A stretch of 64,000 nt of DNA, from the NCBI GenBank assembly GCA_025786725.1, contig JAHLTZ010000032.1, positions 62,001-126,000 on the forward strand, read 5' to 3'. Position numbers and translations under genes: made by a program. Under the pieces are notes generated by a model. It worked only from the letters and a program-made list of their open reading frames with translations. It did no database searches and was not told where the DNA came from. Each line of letters begins with the position of its first letter. Position 1 is the stretch's first letter. Origin of the DNA: Syncephalis fuscata S228 (Eukaryota > Fungi > Zoopagomycota). Positions 51,243-63,226 of the stretch are shown piece after piece.

Positions 51243-53072
51243 ATATCAAGACAAGTAAAACTACTGGCAATATTTACACTGCTACTATTTTGTTCAACAC
51301 AGTATTTTGCCGTAGACAGTGCCAAAACACATGAAGATGATTTTCGCACAAAACCTAACCATAACCGTCGCTACATTGGTTCTAAAATCACTGGCAAACA
51401 AGTTTATGTAACACCCTATTATGCACCCACCGGTGTTCAAAAATTTCACGCCTTGGGCTTAAAGGGAGAGGCGTAAAACTCGGGATTCTCGACAGTGGAA
51501 TCAACCGTGGAGCTGAGGCAGTTAAAGAGAATTATGGTCATTTGCACAAATATGTAGAGAATGCTAAAATACTAAAAAAACTAGATAGCTGCAATAATCG
51601 AGGCGTGCATCTGGCTGGAATTGCTGTTGCAAAAACCAAATATTTCACTGGAATTGCGCCCGAGGCAACACTCGGCACTTATCGCGTATTTGGCTGCAAA
51701 GGTCCAACTTCAACCTCAATAGTGCTGCAAGCTTTGACAACTGCAATCAATGATGAAATGAAAATTATTGTATTGCCGGAAATTGCCATTGTAAATGAAG
51801 ATAGATTTAAGTTGAGAGAAACAATAGAAGATGCTGCAAAACAAGGTGTGATTATGATTGTTGCAGCAACGATCAATAATTTTGTAAATCAGCAATATTT
51901 TTCATATCAAGACCTTCCTGTTTTGAGCGTTGGTGGTGCTAAACAAAGTATCGCCTATCACATTGGTTTGAAGAAAAAACAACTGGACGTCGTATTGAGT
52001 TTAGTTCCGCATGCTCAAACATGACATATAACTTTGGCAAAGAAATGGATATCATTCTAACAATTCTTTAATTTCTTAAATAAAGATTTTGATGGATTTG
52101 GCCAAGGAAGGATTGTTCTTATTCAGTATGACGAAGCAGAGATGCAGGCTTTAATAGAGCTTGCTAAAGCAACAAAAGTGGCTGCACTTATCACTGTGCG
52201 TGACCCTTCTCAAAAAAGAAGAAAATGCGATGTACCTTTATTCAATATTAGTGAAGAAGATGCTTTATTTATAAAAGAAGGCTATAGAAATAAGAGTGGA
52301 TACAAATATATTTTTGCAGAAAAGTATGGCTACATTAAGGATGGCAGTGTTACTGTCGACACAGCTGGACCGCAGAATGAACCGTTCATGCCACCTTTTT
52401 ATCCCGACATTTTGGCACCGAGTTACAAAATCTACACTACCACTATTTTTTCACAAGCAAACAAACCTCATTTCAGCGATATATCAGCTGCTGTTGCCTA
52501 TGTTGCAGGTGCAGTTGCATTATTGATTGAAATTAATGACAAGAGTTTGATTAACGTTAAATCTATCAAAGACATGCTGCAAAACAGTGCAGTTCCAGTC
52601 AAAGATATTAATGTAGATTCCTACGCTATTGCATTATATCAAGGCGCCGGTATGCTTAATCTCAACAGACTAATAGATATCGACGCCATTCGCGTTTCCC
52701 CATCTTCAATTAATATGGGGGATACCTATGCCAATGTGTGAATATACCGATCCAAATTTCATCTCTATTTTCCGCGTCAACATCGTATAGACTTTCACAT
52801 ATTCCAACTGCTGCAATTATAAGGTCAGAAATTACTAGTGCATGTTATCAAGACCATTTGTAGCTGCAACCGTTTTATTTCCAAAATCTATTGAAACGCA
52901 ACCATATCAAATAGCCGAAATTACGATACAAATCTGTACGCCGACGAATATATTGAAGGATGAGATATGGTCATATTCCGGGTATGTTGTAATTGATCCC
53001 AATCCTGGAGTCAATGGGTCACCATCAAGCCGAGCTGTTTTTATTCCATACTATGGAACAGTTAAAGGCTAA
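51243..53072 (+). pseudogene. degenerate subtilisin (S8)-like protein, probably catalytically inactive or pseudogene
   Basis: Signal-like N-terminus lacking ATG; GVKLGILDSGI (Asp), DSCNNRGVHLAGI (His->Arg), PDILAP, SDISAAVAYVAGAVALL, QGAGMLN; at least 3 frame breaks. Confidence 0.7.
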
Positions 53073-53880
53073 GCAACTTAGATATAGACCATGTTTAACG
53101 CTATTCTGTTATTTATTGACAATATTACAATAAATTAGCAAATGAACCATATACATTTATTTAATTATTTTTTAATATAATGTATTAATATATAGTACAT
53201 ATGTCATTTAGCATTATGCAAGCCATGTAAAGTTTAAGAACCTATTTGAGGTGCTGGCTTGAAGCGTATGCTCAAAAGAATGGGTTTAACGCGCTTTTAA
53301 TTGATAACAGCTCAAAACCTGTCCCACTTGTCAAGCTCAAAGTTTAGAAACCTTCAAAATAATCGATAATTCACGTTCGTATAGCACCGCAATCATCCAA
53401 AAATAAAGTGTCATGAGCTTCTAAGATACTATAACTTATAGACTGAATACAAAATAAATATTTATTCTAACATTTAGATTGTTTGTAGGCGCACAAACCA
53501 AGATTGTAAGAAAGCTTATGAAACGTTTACTGGTGCAATGTAGCATTGTGACTTGGCTAATGCTTTAATTTAAACATATTCTTAAAAGTCTACGATTGAG
53601 TGTTATTATACTGGATGGTTTTGAAGAAGCTGGTTTACCTTGGAGTTTATCGACTTTAAATAATATGGTAATTATTATAATTATTTTTAATGTCGGTTAC
53701 TAATTTCTAATTATCTTTTTTATAAGATTTAATTTATTGTGCTTACTCAAACACATAGTCTACAACTTGGCTGCTATCACTTATCTATTATTTTATATTT
53801 ATTCCGTTGTGTACTAGTGTATGTTCTATTAACAGTCGTTATTTTTTTATCAGCCATGCTATTATAATTATTACAAAATG

Positions 53881-53886
53881 ACGCGT
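53881..53886 (+). promoter_or_regulatory. MCB-like element (ACGCGT) upstream of RAD18
   Basis: acgcgt 111 bp upstream of the ATG, second core ccgcgt at ~53923. Confidence 0.4.
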
Positions 53887-53996
53887 GAAATTATTTTTAT
53901 ACCATAAAATTTTGTTTACACTTCCGCGTAACGCTCCTCTCCTTCAAACAAGCAAATAATTTTATTAAAGCTATTGCAATCACCACTCCAAGCAAT

Positions 53997-55482
53997 ATGG
54001 ATTGGGAAGATTCCTTGCAGTGGTCAGACCCCAATCTATTGGAGCTTGACCAGCGATTGCGCTGTCCTATCTGTAAAGAATTCTTTAAAGCGGCAGTCAT
54101 GTTCGCAGAATGCTCACACAACTTCTGCTCCATTTGTGTACGTCGTTCCATTTCTGCCGAGGGCGTGTGTCCAGTGTGTCGACATGCTGTTCTAGAGACG
54201 AATCTGGTACGGAATAGTGTACTAGATGCCTTGGCAACTAGCTTTGCTTTGACACGGTAAGTAAGATTACAATGATGAAAGTTTATAAACGAATAGCGAC
54301 GTAATAGACCACATTTACACGAGTTAATGGAAAAGACGAGCGTATCTAACGGCATACCATTGGAAACAGCAGCACAAACCACGCCAATTGCACGTAGAAC
54401 ACGCTCTGCTATCTACGATACAAGCGCATCTAGCGACCCACAACAAATTAATGGCGATTCTAGCCCAAAGCGAAGGAAAATAATGCTAAATTCTACCAAC
54501 AAAACATCGCAAAATGCCGGCCATACTCAGTCATTCAATAAACAAATATCGCGTCAGCAATCGAGTGCTAAACAACCTGAAGATACAGGGGAATGCCCTA
54601 TATGCGGTCAAATATATGGCTTATCTCATTTGAATGCTCATGTTAATCGATGCATTGAAAGTAGCTCGTCTTCATCGCCTGTCACATATCAGGCATTACC
54701 GGCACAATCACGCTATGTACCGCCAAAGCTATCAAAATGTGCTATGGTGTAATGAAAGACAAGCAACTACGGGCATTATTAGATGTACGCCATTAGACAA
54801 ATATATTTAAACCTTGCTAATTTGTTATATAACTACTAGCAACACGGCTTGCCAACCCACGGTGATCGAGCAACGTTAATCCGACGACATAAAGAGTTTT
54901 CCCTTTTATACAATGCAAACGCCGATCTTCCCCAGCCAAAACGGCCAGCCGAAGTAGTTAAACAGTTTCTAAAAGATGAACGACAACACTCAATACACAC
55001 ATCGCATGGCAGTTCTACAAGAACACAGCCGATAAAACTAGACAAGGAACATATTGAATCTCACGGTAATACAATGATATATACTACTGTACAATCTATC
55101 TAACTTGCTAAATAGAAAAACGCTATGAAGAGCAATTTCAAGATTGATAGAAAAAGCAAGGTCAACCTATGTAAAATCTAATGAATGCTCAAATGATACA
55201 ATATCCAATGAACATAAAAGCAGCGAACCAACTACAACAAGCACACCTTTAATAGATACAACATCCAATGATACCAATCCTAAACTATTATCCAAACAAA
55301 CAAGAACGAATGATTCAACAATAACAACAGCTGATATTACATCTGATCCATCAACGAGTGCCACTTTTATTATGGCATCTCAAGAGATGGATGATATACA
55401 CCACTTTCTAGCTAATGATTCATTGAACATTGACGACGACGACGACGATGATGATGATGATGATGACGCATTTGCAATATAA
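53997..55482 (+). CDS. RAD18: E3 ubiquitin ligase RAD18
   Basis: LRCPICKEFF..ECSHNFCSICVRR..CPVC RING; CPICG..LNAHVNRC UBZ4; SAP-like GLPTHGDRATLIRRHKEF.LLYNAN.D; acidic tail. Confidence 0.93.
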
Positions 55483-55590
55483 TTTGAATTTGTCTATTTA
55501 ACTTGTTATTTGAATAAGCATTAAAATATGAAATGTTTTCGATGCTTATAGTGATAGCATCACAGTCATATTAATTCATGATGAATTGGT

Positions 55591-55899
55591 TTAACGCGCC
55601 TCAAATTGAATCACTATTATGATAATAGAGATTAGTGTGGGCTATACATCATTCTGACAAACTACTTACTTCGAGTGGTGCGTCGCTTATACATAACACG
55701 ATGACCGCATTCGCGACAACGAATAGGCTCACGCGGCTTCAGTTCATTATCAGCGCCACAATCTAAATTGCTCACTGTCAGTCTACTGTCTAGTTATTAG
55801 TAGATCGATGACTTACTAGCACATAGATAAACAATTTGAGGTGTTTGGTGGATTGGTAGAATCCCTCTGATTGCCTTGATCTTGTTGTATCGATTCCAT
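55591..55899 (-). CDS. RPB12: RNA polymerase I/II/III shared subunit RPABC4
   Basis: Spliced: [45 protein letters not shown]; two introns; start exon needs one frameshift. Confidence 0.93.
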
Positions 55900-56112
55900 G
55901 ACGATATAGTTATGAGATCGTACGCGGCTAAAGTAAATAAAGATTCCTATGTCGACACACGCACAGATAGCTGCAAAAGAAAGGAATAATGAAAATAAAA
56001 ATGGCACCTATTCTTTCACCATAATAATTCATTTGTTTTTTCCCCAATAATAGTCACTATTTACTACGTTTAAGTTGTTTAAATAAATACGTTAGAATAT
56101 AGTAAATTTTAT

Positions 56113-56762
56113 GGCTGCATTGTACTTTGACTTTTACATTTTGAGGCTCCAAACCAAAAGCTCGTTCCATTTGAAGTCATAGCGTTGCTATACACAACAT
56201 AGTATATTACTTTCTATTAAAATTGTAATAAATGATTTAATAAATAATGTAACATACTATTTGATCTTTTGAACATTTGAGGCCGATTATTATTGTTGTT
56301 GGCCATGTGTAGAAAGATTGGTCGAATATTAATAGAATTAATATAATGGCAATTCCACGTGTTCCGCATTTTTGTCGCATCTATATATAGCATGGATTAT
56401 TGCATATGAATGGTTCTTCTATTTTCTAATACTCTACTATTGCATGTTGGGCATATTTGTGATGTAAGAGCAATATTAATATAATTTCATAAAGCCGTTT
56501 ATTAAACAGCCACTTTCTATAGCCAATCTAACTAAATAAATGGCATTTTGAACAATTAATATCATAATGACAGTATATATATTAAAGCGATAATAAAGAT
56601 AACTAATTAGCTACATTATTTACTGATAATTACACATCAATCAATTAGTGTTGGATGCAATATTATACATGTTATAGTAATGAGTAAGTGTTTAATTGTA
56701 TTTAAAAGTAAAGGGATGAAATAAATAAATAAAAGATATGAAAGTCAAAATAGAATAGCTCC
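56113..56762 (-). mobile_element. non-autonomous Fanzor-derived TIR transposon (copy 5, type-A 3' end)
   Basis: TIRs ggctgcattgtactttgac (56113) / gtcaaaatagaatagctcc (ends 56762); flanks aattttat vs aattctat (7/8 TSD); remnant LTSQICPTCNS...CGT/WNC...SINIRPIFLHMANNNNNRP. Confidence 0.9.
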
Positions 56763-57160
56763 AATTCTATAGTAATATATGGCGGTACAAATAAGAAAAG
56801 AAGAACCAAATTTTGTTTGTCCGTTAAATAATGCCACGCAATCATACATATCACTATTTGTAGCCGTATTTTTATAATACCAATTATAATTATTAACGAC
56901 TACAAATATGAAACTTTATAAGACTATTTACTTATTTAATTTTTATTTAATTGAAGCTATTAAACCATTAATATTTATATTACTTATCTTTGTAGTTGAC
57001 AGTCCATAACAGTGGCAAAAGGCCAGTGGGATTTAATTTCTTTTCCGACCAGAACCTAACAAGTCCAACCGCCGTTTTCTCTTGCTACTCCGTGTTTCGT
57101 TCTTATTCTTTCTTGTAGTATTCTCTCGTTATTTGTAAGCGCTCTGTATCAACCTTTAAT

Positions 57161-58960
57161 ATGAAATTTGGTAAATCATTGGAACGGGAAGGACAAGATC
57201 TTCCCGCTGAATGGCAGCAATATTTGGTGCATTATAAAGATCTTAAGAAATGCATTCGTAAAATTGTTACTGAACTGGAGGATGCCGATAGTGTTATTCG
57301 GCTTGAATCGGGTGGTTTATTTGTAAAACTTACGAATGGACAGATAGCCTTGCCACAACAAGTAACTTATGCGTTTTCAGGGACTGGCAGTGAAGTGCAT
57401 CCAACACTGCAGATTGTTTTGTCCGATGAAAGTGAGACATCGGCATCTACTACAGATGATGATACGGCAGAAGAGGGGGAGGAGGAAGAAGAAAGAGATA
57501 AAGCAGATGCAAAACTGCCAATAAATGGTACGAATAAACAGCAAGTAGCGGATAGTTCAGTGTTATTTAATGAAGAAATAAAGAAAGAAGAGGTGAAGAA
57601 AGAAGCAGAGGAGGACAAAGTGATACCAGACACCAGTCTACCATTAATAGATGACAAATTATTATTTAATCATCAAACTACACTACCAGCCATGAATGAA
57701 TACGGACAACGGCCTCGACGGGCAACATTGACAATTATTAATCGCGTCACCGGCTTATTGGAGCAACGGTAGGTATTATTGGACTATTCGAATCTAGTAA
57801 GGTACTAATCTATCGTAATGATAGAACCATTAGCTATGAACTACAAGCTGATACCGAATTCTTTCGACATTTGACTAATACGTTGAGCGAGATTAATGCA
57901 TTTCATATCGAGGCACAAAATGATTATAATGCCCGTATTCAACAAATCACATCCTTATTGGCCAAGGGTGCATCGCCATATGGCAAGGATTTGTATACAT
58001 GGCGTGAGATTATTGAATTGTACTTGAAAGCCGAAATATGGACGGTAGAGAAGGCAACTTCGCGCGAAGATACACCATTTCTGGTGGCTCGCAATAAATT
58101 GGATTGGTTTCTACAGGAAGAGCAACGACTTGGACTGGTAAGCGGTACAGGTACTATTTACGTATAGCTAATTAACAAGCTGTATTATAGAGAAAGCGAC
58201 TTCAATTGGCTTCATCGCGTCAAACGATGAACGCCTTTGTACATGTAAGTACCGAGTAGTTGTGTTATTTATTGGCTAATCAATACAACTATAGTTACTC
58301 AATGAATTGTGTAGTATCAGGCATATGCAATCGTTAAATCAATTGGCCGTAGCCAAGATTTTAAAGAAGCACGATAAGCGTACCCATTTGTCGTAAGCAA
58401 TTTATTGAATTTAATACCGTTATTTACTAAGCACTATGTATTACCTAGAGCACGGTCCTATTATCCTGTATTTATGAGCAACATCCTTTTTTTACCATGA
58501 ATCTATCTCATAATATAGTTATGGCTATTTGTGATAAATTTGTGGCTATTGTGCCGCGTGTAGATGACTATGCGTGTCCCATATGTTACGGTAAGTTCAT
58601 CAGCAATGTATTAGAGATTGGCTAACTAGTACAACTATCAGGATTATGCTGGAAGCCTATCCGATTGGTGTGTCGTCATCTCTTTTGCCTACGATGCCTA
58701 ATTAAGGCCCAAAAAACAGACATGCATGACTGTCCGATCTGTCGACATCCAAAGGCGGTCATTGATGCCTATGCGGATCAACTGGACACACCATTAATGA
58801 ATATGCTGGCCCTGTATTTTCCACGTGAATTAAACAGAAAAAGAAAGACATTGATCGGGAAGTCGGGCTGGAAGAGGCTCAAATGATTAGCGGTGTTGAT
58901 TGGCGTTCTTCCGAAGAACGTGGGATGATGCGTAAAGAGGACACGTGTACCATATCGTAA
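57161..58960 (+). CDS. SPX-RING E3 ubiquitin ligase (fission-yeast Pqr1/Spx1-like)
   Basis: MKFGKSL...HYKDLKKCI SPX start, NQLAVAKILKKHDKRT, CPICY...CRHLFCLRC...CPICR RING; ends CTIS*. Confidence 0.9.
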
Positions 58961-60160
58961 TTAATAAAGTAATATCATTATCCACTTCCAATTCACATGT
59001 CACGGTAAATGTGTAAAAGAATGCATACGCAACGTCATCAAGTATCATTGAAATGACATTAACGCGATATTTTTAAACAAGCTTTGCCTAAATTAAGCGA
59101 AATTGGGCCACACTATTGATGTTTACTATCTGCCTATATCATTGCCATTGTATGGCCGTATTATCGTATACTGAATACGCTTTATTTACTATAATCTCTA
59201 ATAAACTTTGCTCATCATACTATATTTTTACTACCAGTATTTATACCTTTGTCATTGTGTGTTTATACTACTATATATTGTTGTAATACAGAGTAGGCAA
59301 TTAGATAGTATATTAAAATGATGTAAACAATGAACACGATGAGCAATCGACAGAGAAACGTTTAATCGTAATGCGCAATGATAGTGTAGTTTTTAAAGCT
59401 TTGGCTAATTGTGGCCTGGATTGTGTAGTAAAACATAATGTTTTTTTAACAAAATTAAATAATATGCATAATAAGCTCAAAGTATAAAGAAGACATATAT
59501 ACGATGTCGCCGTATACATGCATAATAGTAAAATAATTATATGAAATTTACATTACATACAGATGCCTATGATCACAGCCTCACACAATTTTAAAAAAAT
59601 AACAATAATAAACATGCGTTTTACAACTTGAATACATTTCCTGTTGTTAGAGATAACTACCACTTATGTTTGAATTTCCTGAAACAAAAAGAACTATGCC
59701 GAGATTTCTCTAAAAGGCTTCTAAAAATATATAGCTTTTGCAAAACAGAAAGGCGTATCTTTGACATCTGTGGTAATAGTTCATTTACCGCCGAAGATTA
59801 TTCGGATAAAAATACTTGCACCTTGATACAAATTAATTATTGCTCATTTGATCTAAATTTGTATTTGCATTCATCCATTTATTTACCTAGTAATGACACT
59901 CGTGTTTTATAATCTATTAAAATAATAAACACGTGGTGCGCAATTATAATTTACCATAAATTATATTGCAAACACGCCGTTTTATAACAATGGTTACACA
60001 AATGGTAATAGGAAACATGCAACTCCTTGGTCTATCACGCTATCAAAGCTATCGCCACTGAGACGTTTAAAAACGAAATAACGTGGCTTTAAATTCGCCA
60101 TTATATACAGCTTGCACTTGTTCCTTTGTTTTCTATTTTTCACGTATTTGACCATTCATC

Positions 60161-61081
60161 ATGACAAAATCCTATATCATTTACGCTGCATTAGTATTGC
60201 TGCTCACTTTCAGTAGCACTAATGCATCTCCTGTACCTCTGCGCAACTTTTTTAATCCAGACAACAGATATGAGAGACAAAATCAAAACTCTATGATGGA
60301 TGATGATCCAATGTACAACTCGAATTTTATGAATAATAACGGCAATCAGTTTGGATCAGGATCTCAAAGATTTGGCGGCGGCTTTAACGGCGGCATGGGC
60401 GGCGGCTTTAATGGAGGCATGGGCGGCGGCATGGGCGGTGGAGACTTTCAAGATCGTATTCAGGCGCTAGGAATTCAGAACAAAGGATTACATGCCGTAT
60501 CGATCCCAGGCATGGAAGGATTAGGTCTTCAAAATAACAACATGGGTGGTATGGGCGGCATGGACGACATGGACGACATGTATGAACGAGATAGAATGAT
60601 GGGTGGTGGCTCAGGCGGTTTACTCAACTCCATGGGCAACGATAGATCAAGTAATTTCATGAATGGAATGAGCGACGGCAGCAGTAGTTTTGGTGGAGAT
60701 CAAGCGTCCAATAAAAAAATGCTTAAAACACCACCAAGTGTATTAGAGCCATTTACGATACAAGGTCCTAATGGTCCAATAACATTTGGTCTTCCAGGCG
60801 TTAAAAGTGATCCCACCACGAATATGCAATCTGCCGGTGACGACTCAAGTTTTGGTGGATCCTTTGGACATTCAAGCGAAGGAGGCATGGATTCTCGGTT
60901 AGGATCTGACTCGAATTCATTTGATCGCAATTCCAATTTCAATAGTAACTTTAATGGCGGCTTTAATGGTAACTTTGATGATGGCCTTGATCATCGCAAT
61001 AGTTTCCGTGGCCGTGGTTCGGCCGAAGATTTAAAGATAATCAATATAGTTGATTTTTCTTACTACATAAACAAATGCTGA
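60161..61081 (+). CDS. secreted Gly/Met/Asn-rich low-complexity protein
   Basis: Signal peptide MTKSYIIYAALVLLLTFSSTNA-SP; GGGFNGGM repeats. Confidence 0.75.
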   Translation: MTKSYIIYAALVLLLTFSSTNASPVPLRNFFNPDNRYERQNQNSMMDDDPMYNSNFMNNNGNQFGSGSQRFGGGFNGGMGGGFNGGMGGGMGGGDFQDRIQALGIQNKGLHAVSIPGMEGLGLQNNNMGGMGGMDDMDDMYERDRMMGGGSGGLLNSMGNDRSSNFMNGMSDGSSSFGGDQASNKKMLKTPPSVLEPFTIQGPNGPITFGLPGVKSDPTTNMQSAGDDSSFGGSFGHSSEGGMDSRLGSDSNSFDRNSNFNSNFNGGFNGNFDDGLDHRNSFRGRGSAEDLKIINIVDFSYYINKC

Positions 61082-62015
61082 GTTTAGAATAGAATATGCA
61101 TAAATTAGCTTATATTAAATTAGATTATATACCATACTATTGTAATTAAAGTGTAACATTATAAACTCTATTTATACAGTTATTTGTAACTAGTATGTTA
61201 TTGTTATTAATCAAATCATATAATGTTTATTTCAAATAATAGAATAAAGCATAAAATGTAAGCAAAATAAGGTGTAGCTATGACAGATTGTTTTTATCTA
61301 TGCTGCATTTCCTTCTGGATGATGTAGCAATTAATTATATACTAATTTATGATTAAAGGTAATAATTAATAATACTATAAAGTACCTATAGAGACTATAT
61401 CGTGCAATTAAAATGTTATATTTTATATCAATAAATACATGGTACACAATAAATAATAACATTTGGAATCCTATACTACCCCTACATATTTGGTATAAAC
61501 GTTAAATAGAACGAAGTAATGCTGAGCTAGCATGCAATATCCAAATTGGTTCAAATTGACAACAATCACGTCAGAGGATAGCCTATTGATCTGCGGGTAA
61601 ATAATAATACATGATCGTAGTTTTAATTATCATAATTACTCTTAAAGTCGTCGTTTTTGAAACTAGAATAAGCATGAGTTTGCAGAAGACTACATCTTTT
61701 ATTTATTACATATTAATATAAAAGCAATAATATTATATAAAATCTAATGACTGATCATTTATAATAGTTGAGTAGCGTACATTAAAATGCCTCTTATTAC
61801 TGCAGTTTATTGTTGAGCTCAAAATAGGCAATACTGTTACCAATTATAGCAATTAGTTTATTTTTAGAAGTTTCAAGCTCCATTTAGCTTAAATTTACAA
61901 GCAACTTATGAATATGATAAATGTGACATCCGTTCAAAAACTCATCATTTCAATATTTTTCATCCTTTCACCTGTAATGAATTACAGTTAAACCATACGA
62001 TTAACATTATTCATC

Positions 62016-62827
62016 ATGAAATCAACTACTGGCTTTGTCATTTCTGCAATGATTGGCGTATCATCGTTTTTAGTCAATGCTATTCCATACCAAATTGCAA
62101 CTTACCACCAATAACATGAATATTAATGGCAATAGTGGTACATATCCAAATTACAATTCAGTGGCGGCATTAATAGCCTTACTGGCTCTACAGTTGCTAC
62201 CAATGCAGCTATGACGACGGGATATAACAATCCACTGGATAATTCCATGATGTACAGCGCAGGTGCTGTAAATGGTGTGCAAGATTACAATACGCAAGGT
62301 TACAATACACAAGGTTACAATACGCAAAATATTGGCATGAATAGTATAGGAAATAATCTTAATTATATAGACTTGTCCTCATCTTTGTAGGTTTAAGTAA
62401 AGCGATAACTTAGATTTACACTTTAATATATTTTTAAATTAATTTAGGCTAAATTCTAATGGCTTGGCTACCAATGCTAACATGGGCGGAAACTTGCCTT
62501 TTGGCGCTACTTCAGACACAAGTGCATTTGGTATTGGAGGCACAGGCACATCTACCATTGGAGGCACAAATGCATTTGGTATTGGAAGTGCTGGTACATC
62601 TAAACTGGGGCACAAATGCATTTGGTACTGTAGGCACAGCCTCGCCTACTACTGGAAACACAAATGCATTTGGTACTGTAGGCACTGGCTCATCTACTAC
62701 TGAAAACAAAGGCACCGATTATCGCTCACTTTTGAATCATATAACTGCTGGCAGCTCGAATTCAAACGCTAATTCTAATCATGCTGGAACTACCGCTGGT
62801 ACCAGTAATTTGCATTCCGGTTTTTAA
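62016..62827 (+). CDS. secreted low-complexity repeat protein (frameshifted as assembled)
   Basis: Signal peptide MKSTTGFVISAMIGVSSFLVNA-IP; QGYNT and TNAFGxxG repeats; frame breaks near 62100 and 62605. Confidence 0.55.
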
Positions 62828-63226
62828 TACTTTTGAAATGTCCAGCAATAAGCCAACTTAAACATATGGATAAGATCTGTTTGATTTTATTTAGTAGTAT
62901 CAATTATTCGGTTATTTTGCGTTTACGCACTTTACACAATTATAATAGTTGAAATCATTCATATGATTATTTTAATTTTACGTGTATACGTAAAATAGCT
63001 ATATGTTTAATCAACTTTTACTAAATAATAAAGAATAGCAGTTTTTTTAAATAACTAATAATGGCATAGTTTACATGTTTAAACATTGTAAAAATATAGC
63101 CTAGCCAGCTCAATAAAACACATTTAAATATGTTATAGTTGCAGTATTGTTTAATAATAGCAATGAGTGGGTTTGAAATCGTCCATTTGTACTTTGATTA
63201 TTTTTTATTTTTTATTTTTAGTGATC

